Source: an uncultured Verrucomicrobiae bacterium (GTDB taxonomy: Bacteria > Verrucomicrobiota > Verrucomicrobiia > Chthoniobacterales > JAFAMB01). From it: a stretch of 64,000 nucleotides of DNA. Where the stretch lies: positions 64,001 to 128,000 of the forward strand of contig CAWEXO010000002.1 of assembly GCA_963813025.1 (NCBI GenBank). The letters are read 5' to 3'. The notes under the pieces were generated by a model, which was not told the origin of the DNA, made no database searches, and worked only from the letters and a program-made list of their open reading frames with translations. Of this stretch, positions 19,297 to 33,182 are shown piece after piece. Each line of letters starts with the position of its first letter. Position 1 is the stretch's first letter. Made by a program: the position numbers and the translations under genes.

Positions 19297-22200
19297 ATGT
19301 GGATCGTTAATCTCGCCCTCAGGCGCCCTTACACTTTTATCGTGCTGGCCATCTTCATCGCCATCGCCGGCATTCTGTCCATCATTCGCACCCCGAAGGA
19401 CATCTTTCCATCGATCAACATCCCGGTCATCTCGGTGATTTTTAATTACGCCGGGCTTTCCCCCGAAGACCTGGAGCAACATCTCACCTCGGGCTACGAA
19501 CGGGTGCTGACCACCACGGTCGATAACATCGAGCATATCGAGTCTCAATCCTTGTACGGCATCGCCGTGGTCAAAATCTTTCTGCAACCCAATGCGAGCG
19601 TTCCCACCGGAATTGCCCAGGTAACGTCGGTCTCCCAAGCGGTTCTCCGGCAGCTCCCGACCGGGACCACGCCGCCGCTGGTCTTGAGTTACAGCGCGTC
19701 GAACGTGCCCGTCGTGCGTGTTGGCTTAAGCGGCCAGAATATTTCGGAGCAGCAGCTCAACGATTTGGCACTCAATTTTGTGCGGACTCAATTGATCACT
19801 GTGCCCGGGGCGGCAATTCCGTATCCCTATGGAGGCAAACAGCGTTACGTCTCGGTCGATCTGAATTATCAGGCGTTGCAAGCTCGCGGCCTGACTCCTT
19901 TCGATGTGGTCAATGCGATCAATGCCCAGAATCTTACCTTACCGTCCGGTACGGCCAAAATCGGGCAATTTGAATACCAGGTCGGACTCAACTCCAGTCC
20001 TAAAACGATTGAAGCACTTAATAGCATTCCTGTTCGTTCGTTGCCCAACGGGACCACCATCTATGTCCGGGATGTTGCCAATATCCGGAACGGGAATATA
20101 CCGCAGACCAATATTGTTCGGTTCAATGGGACTCGCGCCGCCATGCTTGACGTGCAGAAAACGGGGAGCGCTTCCACCCTCGACATCGTCAACGGAATCA
20201 AGGCCAAGCTTCCCCAGCTCAAAGATACGCTTCCGGAAGGCTTGAATCTGCCATTGTTAACCGATCAATCCATCTTCGTGACCGGAGCGATCGAAGGAGT
20301 CGTGCGGGAAGCCATTATTGCCGGCTGCCTGACTGCCATCATGATTTTGCTGTTTCTGGGTGATTGGAAAAGCACGCTGATTATTGCCATCTCTATTCCC
20401 CTCTCCATCCTGGCTTCGCTCACCGCGTTGGCCGCGCTGGGGGAGACGATTAACATCATGACCCTGGGCGGCTTGGCCCTCGCCGTCGGTATTCTCGTCG
20501 ACGACGCGACGGTGACGATTGAGAATATCGATCGGCACTTGGCCGAAGGTCAGCCTGTTTTGGAAGCGATAAGAGACGGCGCGGCGCAGATCGCCGTTCC
20601 CGCCTTTGTCTCAACGCTTTGCATCTGCATCGTGTTCGTCCCGATTTTCTTTCTTTCCGGAGTTGCTAAATACCTTTTTGCCCCGCTCGCCCTGGCGGTG
20701 ATTTTCGCGATGATGGCCTCTTATATTCTCTCGCGCACCCTGGTTCCTACGCTCGCGATGTACTGGCTGAAGGAACATGCCGACAAGCATGAAGCGCGGA
20801 GGAACAAACGATTTTTTCTGGTTTCCTGGTTCTCAAATTTTCACCAAGGCTTTGAACGCGCGTTTGAACGATTCCGGGAAAGCTATCGTGATTTCTTGAG
20901 TCTGTGTTTGCGACATACCGTGATTCTTTTGGTCCTGGTCCTGGGCTTCACGCTTTTGTCATTCGGATTGTTCCCATTTCTCGGCCAGGATTTCTTCCCG
21001 ACGGTGGACGCTGGCCGGTTTGATATGCACGTCCGGATGAAAGTCGGGCACGCGAATCGAAGAGACTGCTCGCACCGTGGACCAGATCGAGCACTTGATC
21101 CGCCAGATCATTCCAGAGGAACAACTCCAGGGGATCATCGATAACCTGGGAATTCCCTATAGTGGAATTAACCTCACATACAATACCACGGGCACTATGA
21201 GTCCGGCCGACGGTGACATTCTCGTTTCTCTCAAAGCGAAACATGATCCGACCAACAAATTTATCCAAGCGATCCGGATCAGCATGCAACATCGTTTTCC
21301 CGATGTCGCGGTGTGGTACCCACCGGCTAATATCGTCGCGCAGATCCTGAACTTCGGGTTGCCTGCTCCGATCGATGTTCAAATCGTTGGTGCCGACAAA
21401 TCTGGCAACTTCAACTTCGCCAACAACCTGATCGCGCAAATCCGCCGCATTCCGGGCGCGGTTGATTTCCGCATTCAAGAACCTGACGACACGCCTCGGC
21501 TGGACATCGCCGTGGACCGGACCAAAGCGTCAATCCTGGGAATTCAGCAGCAAGCCGTGGCAAACAGTGTTCTCGGCGCACTGGCCGGTTCTCAACAAAC
21601 CGCGCCAAACTTCTGGGTCGATCCAAAAAACGGTGTTAGTTACCAGATCAACGCGCAGGCCCCGCAGTACGACATCAATTCACTCGACGCTCTCCTTAAC
21701 TTGCCAATCCTCGGTGCGTCCAACGGTCAAACGCAGATTTTGGGCAATGTAGCCAACATTTCGCGGAGCCAGACATCGCCGGTGATCGACCATTTCAATA
21801 TCCGTCCGGTCATCAATATCTACGGGAATGTTGACGGCAAGGACTTAGGCTTCGTCGCCGCCCAAACGCAGCATCTGATCGATATTGCGAAAAAGAATTT
21901 ACCAAAGGGCAGCACGATCACGCTCCGGGGTCAGGTGTCGACGATGAATGCGTCCTTTACTGGTCTTTACCTCGGCTTGGCCTTTTCATCGTATTGGTGT
22001 ACCTGCTGATGGTGGTGAATTTCCAATCCTGGACCGAGCCTTTCATTATCATAACCGCCCTGCCTTGCGCTCTGGCCGGGATCATTTGGATGCTGTTCGT
22101 CACCGGCACCACGGAGAGCGTACCCGCACTCATGGGGGCAATCATGTGTATGGGTGTGGCTACTGCCAATAGCGTGCTGGTTGTCACCTTCGCCAACGAA

Positions 22201-22491
22201 AGGCTGGAGGAGTACAAAGACTCCTACCGGGCGGCCCTGGAGGCCGGCTATGTGCGAATCCGTCCCGTCATCATGACCGCTTTGGCCATGATCATCGGTA
22301 TGGTGCCGATGGCGTTGGGTTTCGGCGAGGGTGGCGAACAGAACGCACCTCTTGGTCGCGCCGTCATCGGTGGTCTCCTTTTTGCCACTGGCGCTACCCT
22401 AATATTTGTGCCAGCCGTCTTTATGCTCGTGCGGCGCCGGACAGCTTTGAAACTGCGAGAGAAATCCTCATCAGAACCGGTGCAACTATGA
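19297..22491 (+). CDS. RND efflux permease (AcrB/CzcA-like), with two frameshifts
   Basis: LAVGILVDDATVTIENI, GVATANSVL, RIRPVIMTALA; frame breaks near 21045 and 21985. Confidence 0.9.
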
Positions 22492-23711
22492 CATCCGATT
22501 CGACAGAAAAAAGAACGAGCGCTGAAGGAGCAACGGAAGAACCAGAGATGGCCAGCCCGCCGCGAGCCAAGCAACCGCGCCGTCTGCTGCTTCTCTTGAT
22601 TGTGGCCGCCGTCGTGTTTGGGATTCTCGCCTTTTCCGGGATTATGTCCCGGTTAGCGGCGACGAAAGAACTTCAGAAAACGGCCGATGATGCTGCCCAA
22701 GCCACCGTAAACGTCACTCGGCCGGAACGCGCGCCCTCTTCCGTGACCCTTGCTTTACCAGGCCAGACCCAAGCCTATATCCAGGCGCCCATCTTCGCGC
22801 AAACGAACGGCTATTTAAAAACGTGGGAGACCGATATCGGCTCCAAGGTGAAAGCGGGCGATGTCCTTGGGGAAATTGATACGCCCGAGATCGATCAGCA
22901 ATTCGCGCAGGCCCGAGCGACGTTACAGCAAGCGCAAGCCGCTCTTTGGCTGTCCCAACAAACCTACTCGCGCGACGAAAACCTTCTGAAATCGAGGGTC
23001 ATTGCGCAGCAGGACTTTGACAATCAAGCAGGTGACCTCCGGGTCAAACAAGCCACCGCGAATGCTGATGAAGCGGACGTGCACCGCCTCGAAGCCTTGG
23101 AGGCGTTTAAGAAGTTACGCGCGCCTTTCGACGGGATTGTGACAATGCGAAATACGGATATCGGGGCACTGATCAACGCCGGTTCCGGCAACGCTCTTTT
23201 TACCGTGGCAAAAATTTCACCATTACGCGTTTACGTCAGCGTACCCGAGTCGATGGCGAGCTACGTCAAGGAGGGAACGAAGGCCGACCTCACTTTCGAC
23301 CCGTTTCCCGGAAAAAAATTTCCTGCTCAGGTCGTGCGCACGGCCGGCGCGATCGATCCGAGTCAGCATACCATGTTGACCGAGCTGCAGCTGCCGAATG
23401 AGACCGGCGAGCTTCTCCCCGGAGCCTACGCTCAAGTGCACCTGCGCACCGACGGCAATACGCAAGCTCTGCTCCTACCCTCGAACACGCTGCTTTTTCG
23501 CAGCGAAGGCACGGCAGTCGGTGTCGTGAATCCTGAGGGCAAAGTCCAAATCAGAAAGGTCAGGATTGGACGAGATTTAGGGACAAAACTGGAAGTTGTG
23601 GAGGGAGTTACACTGGCCGACCGGGTGATTCTCAATCCTTCGGACGGCTTGGCCGACGGTCAGGAAGTGCACGTGGTTGGGCCGGCTGGCAAGCCCATGG
23701 CGCGGAACTGA
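22488..23711 (+). CDS. RND periplasmic adaptor (membrane fusion protein)
   Basis: TM anchor, lipoyl half-motifs GSKVKAGDVL and LRAPFDGIV; overlaps the permease stop. Confidence 0.9.
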   Translation: MTSDSTEKRTSAEGATEEPEMASPPRAKQPRRLLLLLIVAAVVFGILAFSGIMSRLAATKELQKTADDAAQATVNVTRPERAPSSVTLALPGQTQAYIQAPIFAQTNGYLKTWETDIGSKVKAGDVLGEIDTPEIDQQFAQARATLQQAQAALWLSQQTYSRDENLLKSRVIAQQDFDNQAGDLRVKQATANADEADVHRLEALEAFKKLRAPFDGIVTMRNTDIGALINAGSGNALFTVAKISPLRVYVSVPESMASYVKEGTKADLTFDPFPGKKFPAQVVRTAGAIDPSQHTMLTELQLPNETGELLPGAYAQVHLRTDGNTQALLLPSNTLLFRSEGTAVGVVNPEGKVQIRKVRIGRDLGTKLEVVEGVTLADRVILNPSDGLADGQEVHVVGPAGKPMARN

Positions 23712-23763
23712 AAGGGAGTCTCGGAGGGTCAGATCCTAAGATCTGATCCTCCGACCCACCTTT

Positions 23764-24534
23764 TCACACCAGACTCGCTTCGGCCGAGCGCACGATCTGC
23801 GCGAAACCACGGGGATCAAGGCTGGCCGTGCCGACCAAGGCGCCGTCAATATCCTTTTGCCGCATGAGGATCTCGGCGTTGTCTGATTTGACACTGCCGC
23901 CGTACTGAATGCGAATCCGTTCGGCGACGTGATCGTCCGAGAGTTGGGCGAGCGTGGCCCGAATAAAGGCATGCGCCTCCTGAGCCTGGTCCGGTGTTGC
24001 CGTGATTCCGGTCCCAATCGCCCAAACCGGTTCATAGGCAACAACCGTCTCATGAAAATCTTTGGTCGAAATGTTCCCCAGCGCCTTGACGACCTGACGC
24101 CGCAAAACATCCTCCACGTGCCCGCTCTCTCGCTCGGACAGCGTCTCACCGACGCACAAGATCGGCCGCAGCCCCGTATCCAGAGCGGCTCGCATCTTGC
24201 GGTTGATTAAATCATCGTCCTCATTGAACTGCACCCGTCGCTCGCTGTGCCCGATGATCACATATTTGACATACAAAGCTCGCAGCATTTGCGCGCTGAT
24301 CTCGCCGGTGTAGGCACCGCTCTTCGCCCAATGCACATTCTGCGCGCCCAAGCGCAGGAACTGCATTCGCTCCAGCACTATGGCCAAAGCGGGAATCGCG
24401 GTGAATGGCGGTATGATGACGACTTCAACGTCATTGACCTCCCCGAGCTCGGAAAGAAAGGCTGCCAGAAAGGATTCGGCCTCCACGTGGGTGAAGTTCA
24501 TTTTCCAGTTGGCGGCCAGTATCTTCTTACGCAT
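23764..24534 (-). CDS. tpiA: Triosephosphate isomerase
   Basis: AANWKMN, GHSERR, AYEPVWAIGTG, YGGSVK. Confidence 0.97.
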   Translation of the reverse strand: MRKKILAANWKMNFTHVEAESFLAAFLSELGEVNDVEVVIIPPFTAIPALAIVLERMQFLRLGAQNVHWAKSGAYTGEISAQMLRALYVKYVIIGHSERRVQFNEDDDLINRKMRAALDTGLRPILCVGETLSERESGHVEDVLRRQVVKALGNISTKDFHETVVAYEPVWAIGTGITATPDQAQEAHAFIRATLAQLSDDHVAERIRIQYGGSVKSDNAEILMRQKDIDGALVGTASLDPRGFAQIVRSAEASLV

Positions 24535-24542
24535 GCGTCAAC

Positions 24543-25751
24543 TTATTGATCGGTGAGCGCAGCCACTCCGGGAAGCTCCTTCCCTTCCAGTAACTCCAGC
24601 GAAGCTCCGCCTCCGGTTGAGAGAAAAGTCATCTTATCAGCCAGACCAAACTGTTTGACTGCCGTCACCGAGTCGCCCCCCCCGATGATCGTTTTTGCCC
24701 CGCTCGAAGCTAATGCCTGGGAGATCGCTCGAGTGCCCGTCGCGAATTCCGGGATTTCAAAGACTCCCATCGGTCCGTTCCATAAGACGGTCTTGGCCTG
24801 CGCGATCTCCCGCGCATAAAGCGCATTTGTCTCAGGGCCGGTATCAAGACCTTCCCAACCATCGGTGATGCCGCGCTCCTCCGATAAGCGACCAGTCGCG
24901 CGATGTCGCGCGCCGGCTTTCATCTCATCGGCTTCGATGTTATCCACCGGCAACAGAAACTTAATCTTTCTCTGTTGCGCGAGCTGGAGCAGCTCCTGGG
25001 CAAGATGAACCTTGTCTTCCTCCACTCGGCTCTTCCCGGTGGGAATTCCGCGGGCCCGATAAAAGGTGTACGCCATTGCTCCGCCGATAAGGAAAGCATC
25101 GGCCTTCTCCATGAGCGCCTTAATCACGCCAATCTTATCCGAGACCTTGGCTCCTCCGAGAATGACCAGAAAAGGTCTTGCCGGGTCGGCGAGTTCGTCC
25201 CGCAAAAACTTCAACTCACGCTCCATCAGCAGGCCCATTGCCGCTTGCGCAACGTGCTTGGCGATACCGGCCGTGCTGGCGTGCGCACGATGCGCCGCCC
25301 CGAAGGCGTCGTTTACATATAAATCGCCCAAGCGCGCGAGCGCCTGGGCAAACTTGTCATCGTTTGCTTCTTCCTCCTTGTGGAACCGAACGTTTTCCAT
25401 GAGCACAACACCGCCGTCCGGAAGTGCCCTCGTCATGGTCTCCGCCGACGGACCGATCAATTCCGGGGAAAATTCTACCGGTGGATCGATTAACCCGGCC
25501 AAATATTCAGCCACCGGCCGGAGGGTGTACTTCGGATTGGGCTGACCCTTCGGTCTCCCGAAATGGGCCAGCAAGATCACCTTCGCCCCTTCACTGCGCA
25601 AAAGATCTATGGTGGGCAGGCTTTCCCGGATACGAGTGTCGTCTGTAATCCGAACCTTGCCGTCCGATTCTTCCGTCGGAACATTAAAGTCCACGCGAAC
25701 GATGACCCGGCGCCCTTGTACCCGCAGATCGCGGACAGACAGCTTGGCCAT
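24543..25751 (-). CDS. pgk: Phosphoglycerate kinase
   Basis: [39 protein letters not shown]; start at MAKLS. Confidence 0.97.
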   Translation of the reverse strand: MAKLSVRDLRVQGRRVIVRVDFNVPTEESDGKVRITDDTRIRESLPTIDLLRSEGAKVILLAHFGRPKGQPNPKYTLRPVAEYLAGLIDPPVEFSPELIGPSAETMTRALPDGGVVLMENVRFHKEEEANDDKFAQALARLGDLYVNDAFGAAHRAHASTAGIAKHVAQAAMGLLMERELKFLRDELADPARPFLVILGGAKVSDKIGVIKALMEKADAFLIGGAMAYTFYRARGIPTGKSRVEEDKVHLAQELLQLAQQRKIKFLLPVDNIEADEMKAGARHRATGRLSEERGITDGWEGLDTGPETNALYAREIAQAKTVLWNGPMGVFEIPEFATGTRAISQALASSGAKTIIGGGDSVTAVKQFGLADKMTFLSTGGGASLELLEGKELPGVAALTDQ

Positions 25752-25759
25752 TGCTTGCC

Positions 25760-26830
<1,071 letters not shown>

Positions 26831-26957
26831 TCAGGGCAATAAAGGCGAAGACCCACGAAGGTCAATCCGACAAATTTTGTCCGGCTTGCATCCATGGGAC
26901 ACATCGCACGGTAGGACCGATGGAAGTTGTAGGGGCGCAGCAGATCCGCTGCGCGAG

Positions 26958-28973
26958 CTAGGCCGGCGCTTCGGTTAGTCCGCCAAGACTCTCCTGCGGC
27001 CGCGCCTCTTCCGTGCGTTCTTCACTGGGAGATTGCGGCACGATCGGAGGAGGCGGATTGATCAACTGACCATAGTTGATAAGCTCACGGATCTGGCTGC
27101 CATCGAGCGTTTCGTACTCCAGCAACGCTTTGGCAATTGCGACCAAGGTTTCCTTGCGCTGAGTCAGCACCCGCAGCGCCTTCTGGTACGCATCATCGCA
27201 AAGCCGCTTGACCTCACGATCGATCTCCTGCGCAGTCGCCTCGCTGTAAGCCCGCGATCGAGCGATGTCGCGCCCAAGAAAAACATAGTCCTCGTGCTCC
27301 CCGTACTCGACCATCCCGAGGCGTTCGCTCATGCCCCACTCACAAACCATTTTTCGCGCCGTCCCGGTGGCCATACGGATATCGCCCGAAGCCCCACTGG
27401 TCACATCGCCAAAAGATCAGCTCCTCAGCCACTCGGCCACCCATGATGACGACCAAACGATCAAGCAACTCATTTTTCCGGCTGTTGTACTTATCTTCGG
27501 TGGGAAATACATCGTCGAGCCCAGCGAAGGTCCCCGCGGAATGATCGTCACTTTATGCAGGGGATCGGTATGCTCCAGCACTTCGCAAAGAAGAGCGTGT
27601 CCTGCTTCATGATACGCGGTATTCTCTTTCTCTTTCTCGCTGATAGCCAAGCTGCGGCGTTCCTTGCCCCACCGCACTTTGTCGCGAGCCTCTTCGAGTT
27701 CGGCCTGGGTGATCGCCTTGAGACCACGGCGGGCGGCGAGCAAAGCCGCTTCGTTAATCACGTTCGCCAGTTCAGCTCCAGAATAACCGGGTGTGCCGCG
27801 AGCCGCCACTGCCAAATCGACCCCTTCGGCCAGCTTTACCCGCTTGGCATGCACCCGCAGAATCTCTTCCCGACCTTTGACATCGGGGAGGTTAACAGTG
27901 ATCTGGCGGTCAAATCGTCCCGGACGCAGCAGCGCGGGATCGAGAACATCGGGGCGATTGGTCGCGGCGATGATAATGACGCCCTCCTGGGTATCAAATC
28001 CGTCCATTTCGACGAGCAGCGCGTTTAAGGTCTGCTCCCGCTCGTCATGGCCGCCGCCAAGTCCATGTCCGCGGTGCCGGCCGACCGCGTCGATCTCATC
28101 GATGAAAATAATGCAAGGCGCTGATTTCTTTCCCTGCTCAAACATATCGCGCACCCGGGACGCTCCGACGCCGACAAACATCTCAACAAAGTCCGAGCCG
28201 CTGATGCTAAAGAAAGGCACATCCGCCTCCCCAGCGATCGCTCGAGCCAGCAAGGTCTTGCCGGTTCCAGGAGGCCCAACCATCAGTACTCCCTTCGGAA
28301 TGCGTCCACCGAGTTTCTGAAACTTCTTGGGGTCTTTCAGGAAATCGACGATCTCCTGGACCTCTTCTTTGGCCTCTTCGATTCCGGCCACATCCTTAAA
28401 GGTGACCCGATTGCGATCGCGAGCCAGCATCCGCGCTTTACTCTTGCCAAAGCTCAACGCGCCTTTGCCGGCGTTTCGGATCTGCTGACGAAAGATGAAG
28501 TAAAGAACAATGAAGAAGATCGCGATCGGTGCGAACTGCACAAGAGCTGACGCCATGACGTCGGAGTCTGCCTTGATGTCAACCTGATAACCTTTGCTCT
28601 CCAGAAGGGACTCAAGGTTCTTGTTATAATCGATGAAAACCGTCGTTTTGAAATGATCGGGGGCGCCCGGAGCGGTTGATGGCCGCCGGGTTTTATCGAA
28701 GGCGCCACGCAGGATCTGCGTCGAACGCCCTTCAGTCACAATGAGCTGAAGCGGTTCCTCGCGACTAATTCGGCCCTCATCCAAATACTTCTGGAACTCG
28801 GTAAAGGAGATTTCCTCGACATTGCCGTAGTTGCTACTGCGCGAAAATAGAAAGCCCCCCAACAGAGCGATGGCGCAAACAAACAAGATAATGCCCCGCC
28901 AATTGAAGTTGTTGTCGTTGCCAAAATTCCGAGGATTTTTGTCCTTTGGAGACCTGGGATCTAATTGTGCCAT
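26958..28973 (-). CDS. ftsH: ATP-dependent zinc metalloprotease FtsH, with frameshifts near 27500 and 27413
   Basis: [32 protein letters not shown]-terminal TSGASGDI in another frame. Confidence 0.95.
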
Positions 28974-29066
28974 AGGGTGCTAACAATCCAACGGTAGCAC
29001 AACGCTACCGCAGCGCCAAACGAGCCGCCTTTCCGAAGTCCGCCTAGACTCCTTGAATCCGCGTCG

Positions 29067-29678
29067 CTAGGGAATGCATTTCTCCTGATTTGTCAATAGG
29101 GTCGATAAAATACATTGAGCGGCTTTTCCCACAAGTGGAGATCCATGCGCAAAAGTGACAATCTGGAAGTTCAGACCGTCCAATTGGACGAGCGACTTCC
29201 TTATAGTCTTCGGTTCCCGGCAATATTTTGGAGGTAAGAGCGCCAAACCAGTTTCCGGCAGATTGATCAGGATGTCACCCAACGAGAGAGCAGCCACGTC
29301 GGGACGGTAGACCGCGATCTCTCCTGGACCGGCGCCAGGAAGAGAGAAAGTTCGTACCCCGGGAAAGAGTCTCCTCAGTTCTTCGAGTCCACCATCCGGA
29401 GAGAGCCCGGTCTGCGAGTCTGCGAGTAACGGAATCCGGCACTCGACGCAAAACGATCGGCTGGCGCGTTCATGATTGCCATTGGTGAGCAGAACCGCCG
29501 CCGGCCTACCCTTCCCCAGCAAAAAGTCCCACTGTTCTGGTACCAACCTGATCGGGTCAATCAAGAGAATCTCGGATCCGAAAACGTGGCCACAAGAACA
29601 CACCTGCGTCCGGCATCCGGAATCATATGTCTCCCAAAAGGCGACTTCGGGGGTCAACCAATGGACGTAATCAGCCAT
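29067..29678 (-). CDS. Metallo-beta-lactamase-fold hypothetical protein
   Basis: LLIDP, LLTNGNHER, LGDILIN, FAHG. Confidence 0.6.
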   Translation of the reverse strand: MADYVHWLTPEVAFWETYDSGCRTQVCSCGHVFGSEILLIDPIRLVPEQWDFLLGKGRPAAVLLTNGNHERASRSFCVECRIPLLADSQTGLSPDGGLEELRRLFPGVRTFSLPGAGPGEIAVYRPDVAALSLGDILINLPETGLALLPPKYCREPKTIRKSLVQLDGLNFQIVTFAHGSPLVGKAAQCILSTLLTNQEKCIP

Positions 29679-29767
29679 TGGTCGTCGGGATGAACAGGCA
29701 CCTCGCACGATTGATCAGTCCCTGAGTCGGAGACGCGCGATGCGATCTTTGGCTTTTCCTCGCCCCG

Positions 29768-30382
29768 CTAGCGGCCTGCGTATTTTACACTGCAACCATA
29801 CGGCTGCGTAGTAGTGGTCTTCACTGGCTTTCCCGCCATAGCGCTTTCCAATGCCACGCGAACATAATTGGTGGCGGTTTTTACGTCCTCGATATCGGTG
29901 CTCCTTTTGTTGTCGATTGCCCCTTCGTACACGAGAACGCCTTTCGGATCGATAATGTACATGTCGGGAGTCGTCTTCGCGCCAAATTCGCGTCCGACCT
30001 TACCATCAGAATCAAGCAATAAAGCCGTTCGGGCGGCGCCAACCTTCTTAGAAATCTGGTTGAGCTGGTCCGCCTGATAGTTGCCTTGCATTCCGGGTGC
30101 CGACGAGTCGATCGTGAGCCACACAACCCCCTTGGAGGTAAACTCCTTCTGCAAGTTTTGCATATTCCCCGATCCATAATGCTTGCCGACGAACGGACAG
30201 TCCGGATTGTACCATTCCAGAACCACATATTTGCCTTTGAAGTCGGAAAGACGAACAGTCTTGCGGTAGGTGTCGGGCAGAGAGAAATCTGGCGCCTGAT
30301 TTCCGACCGGAACCGCGCAGAAGCCGCTACCAACAAGGGATACCAGCAGGCTAGCACAAAGGAACACGAGTTTAGGTTTCAT
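29768..30382 (-). CDS. Exported thioredoxin/AhpC-TSA-like redoxin
   Basis: Signal peptide, APDFSL, EWYNPDCPFV, TTPDMY, PYGCSVKY. Confidence 0.85.
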   Translation of the reverse strand: MKPKLVFLCASLLVSLVGSGFCAVPVGNQAPDFSLPDTYRKTVRLSDFKGKYVVLEWYNPDCPFVGKHYGSGNMQNLQKEFTSKGVVWLTIDSSAPGMQGNYQADQLNQISKKVGAARTALLLDSDGKVGREFGAKTTPDMYIIDPKGVLVYEGAIDNKRSTDIEDVKTATNYVRVALESAMAGKPVKTTTTQPYGCSVKYAGR

Positions 30383-30405
30383 ATTTATTTCGGGTTCGTT
30401 CCAAT

Positions 30406-32538
30406 TCATCCCCGGTCAGTTCCACCGCCACCCAGCGGGGACGACCTGAGGAATGAAATTGGTTTTTCGTTATCTATCTTCTCTAACGCTTTCAGGACAG
30501 TTTGGGATGTAATCAGCTCGGGCAGCACAACGGGCGCATTTTGATTCCCGCCTGGGTACACCAGGTACATTGGTACGCCCACTCTCCCGTGCTCTTTCAA
30601 AATGGCGGTGATCGCAGGATCGCCGTGGGTCCAATCCGCCCGAAGGGCCAGAACATTCTTCTCGGCGAAAGCAGCGCGCACCGGAGCGGTGTCGATGGCA
30701 AATCGTTCGTTCGATTTGCAGGTAAGACACCAGTCGGCCGTGAAGTCGACAAAAACAGGCCGCCCCGCCGCCAAAGCTTTTTCCAACTTTACCTGGTTAA
30801 ACGGCTGCCACACAACCTGATCCGGCTGGGTCAGGAAAGTGTAGCATCCGACAGCTCCGGCCACTACTAACACCATCGCAAGAGCAGCCGCTCGGCGGGA
30901 GCGAGTCGACGAAACCGGCGTCCAAAATGAACCCTTAATCCAGGCAAGGACGGCAATCACCAGGAGCAGTCCGCCGGCCTTGACGACAGCGTTAACCCCT
31001 TGGAGCTGGCCAAGCACCCAGAGCAGCCAAAGGAGTGTCGCCAACAAGAGAAAGCCGAGGGCCTGCTTCAACCGAATCATCCAGGCGCCGGGCTTCGGCA
31101 GAAAGCGCATCCAGCCTGGTTGAATAGCCAGCGCTACATAGGGAAGGCTCATACCCAGGCCGATGACCAGAAAAACGACGAACGTAATGATGGCCGGCTG
31201 TCCGAACGCAAAGGCAGACGCAGTCCCCAGAAAGGGGGCGGTACACGGCGTCGCCAGAATCGTCGCAAAAACCCCTTGGAAAAAGGCGGCACCCCATCCT
31301 GTTCCGCTCGCCAGCCGGGCCAACCCCTGCGTAGAGCGAGCCGAAACGGTCAATTCGTACACGCCAAACAGGTTCAGCGCGAAGGCGAAAACAAGCGCGC
31401 TAATTGCCAAAACAAAACGCGCATCCTGGAACTGGAAGCCCCAACCGACCCGGACCCCAGCGCTCCGCAGCGCGATCACCACAATCGCCAGCAAGGCAAA
31501 ACAGCTCAGGATTCCGGCCACAAACGCCAAAGCCAGCCGGATAACCTCGCGCCTTTCACCCTTCCCTTCGCTGACGAATCCAAAAATCTTCAGCGAGATC
31601 ACCGGCAGCACGCACGGCATCACATTCAGGATCAAACCTCCGATCAGGGCAAAGAGTAAACCCTGGAGAAGTCCGTTCAGGTTCGTTGGCGGTGAGAGTG
31701 CCACGGTGGGCTGGACCGGTCCGTTGATCCTGCCCTGAGTCGCATAACCACGTCGCTCAGCACCTGTGCCAGCGACAAGCACACCGTCCAATTGTTTCAG
31801 CGGCTGCGGTTCTGCCTCAACCGGCAAAACAACCTTGACCCCAACCGTTCGGGCATGTCCCAGAATAACGCCATCGGCTGGCAAGGGATAAAAATCGAGA
31901 GGCTCGTCTTTCGGCAATCCTGTAACGGAAAGGGCTATATCCTTACCTGCCCGACTGAAGCGTACGATCAAATCGCTGGGCAAACCGGCGGACGGAACCT
32001 GTTGGGCAAAGCGGTCAAAAACCTGGGTCGACGTAGCGGTCGCGGCCGCTCCGTTATTGAGCAAAAGCGAAAGGTCAGCCCTTCCCGGAACGCACAGTGT
32101 CTCACAGACCAGCCATTCAGATTTGGCTCGGAACTCCAGCGGCCCAGCCGGCAGTCGCGCAGGTGCTTGCACCTCGGCGAAAAGCAGGACCTCTCCGGGG
32201 TAAGTAAAAACCTCGAGATCGCCCGGTTCCTTATCCCGGATCGGCAACGGCCAGTTGAGCGGGCCGGCCTTGAAGCCCGGTGGAAGCTGCCACTCGACCT
32301 TCGGCGGCAATCCGGAGTCGCCGGGATATTTCCAGTAAATGTGCCAGCCCGGAGCCATCTGATAGAGGACGCCCAGACGAAATTTCTCACCCGCCCTGAC
32401 CTCCGAGCGATCGGCGATGAGGGAGGCATGCATCAGTTCTCGTCCATCCTTGATCTGCCCCCAGGTCGATGCCAGTGGGCCGAACAAACCGCAGACAAGT
32501 CCGAGGAGCAGCCTGAATTTATAAAATCTGTTTTTCAT
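30406..32538 (-). CDS. dsbD: Thiol:disulfide interchange protein DsbD-like
   Basis: GWHIYW N-domain with CETLC, TM NVMPCVLP and ATPCTAP, thioredoxin DFTADWCLTC. Confidence 0.85.
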   Translation of the reverse strand: MKNRFYKFRLLLGLVCGLFGPLASTWGQIKDGRELMHASLIADRSEVRAGEKFRLGVLYQMAPGWHIYWKYPGDSGLPPKVEWQLPPGFKAGPLNWPLPIRDKEPGDLEVFTYPGEVLLFAEVQAPARLPAGPLEFRAKSEWLVCETLCVPGRADLSLLLNNGAAATATSTQVFDRFAQQVPSAGLPSDLIVRFSRAGKDIALSVTGLPKDEPLDFYPLPADGVILGHARTVGVKVVLPVEAEPQPLKQLDGVLVAGTGAERRGYATQGRINGPVQPTVALSPPTNLNGLLQGLLFALIGGLILNVMPCVLPVISLKIFGFVSEGKGERREVIRLALAFVAGILSCFALLAIVVIALRSAGVRVGWGFQFQDARFVLAISALVFAFALNLFGVYELTVSARSTQGLARLASGTGWGAAFFQGVFATILATPCTAPFLGTASAFAFGQPAIITFVVFLVIGLGMSLPYVALAIQPGWMRFLPKPGAWMIRLKQALGFLLLATLLWLLWVLGQLQGVNAVVKAGGLLLVIAVLAWIKGSFWTPVSSTRSRRAAALAMVLVVAGAVGCYTFLTQPDQVVWQPFNQVKLEKALAAGRPVFVDFTADWCLTCKSNERFAIDTAPVRAAFAEKNVLALRADWTHGDPAITAILKEHGRVGVPMYLVYPGGNQNAPVVLPELITSQTVLKALEKIDNEKPISFLRSSPLGGGGTDRG

Positions 32539-32625
32539 GGCTCCCGAAAGGAGAGTAGCCAAGAGGCCAATCTCTTCCGTTAAAGCGTGCAAATCCCACA
32601 CCAACCATAAGCACGACCGACGAGA

Positions 32626-32771
32626 GTTGCGAGTCCCGAGTCGAAGCCGGTCATCGCCCTTACGCTGTCAAAGTGATTTCAGGTCTTCGCTGTATCGGCA
32701 CTTGGTGCAACGTGATCCGAGCGGATCGACCCAACCGCGCAATTCGGGACTCGCAACCCGGGACTCGGGAC
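32626..32771. repeat. GAGTCCC/GGGACTC heptamer inverted doublet
   Basis: gttgcgagtcccgagt ... tcgggactcgcaacccgggactcggga; same family at 45291-45522 and 46027-46180. Confidence 0.7.
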
Positions 32772-33182
32772 CCCTGGGACGGCGACGCGGTGGAGCGAGT
32801 CCGGCAGACGCCGGACTGGCCCGCGGTTTCCTGGTTGAAGGAGTTTTGAGAGGGTTTTGAGGCCGTCCTTTATCGACGAGTGTGGCCGCCCAGAGGTTAC
32901 CAAGCTCTGTCGATCGAGTCCCTGCAAACTGTCAGGCGCATCGTGCAACCTGCACCGGACATCGCGCGAGAATCTAGCGATCTTCTGGCTACGTGGCATA
33001 GCCCTGTGCCGGTACTCGGTTAGAAGCACGTTGCGAGACAACTCCAAATTTTGCCCTGCCGACGCACGGCAAATGCAATGTCGCTCGCCAATCTCTGAAA
33101 GGTTACCCACTCCTCCCGGCACGTAAACATCTTCGGAACCTGGCACGAAACTAGCCTTCAGAAAGAGAACCCGTCGCACTGA

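Noticed and set aside
32679..33179. 166-aa minus-strand ORF upstream of dsbD
   Set aside because: It runs through repeat DNA, has atypical composition and shows no recognisable motif.
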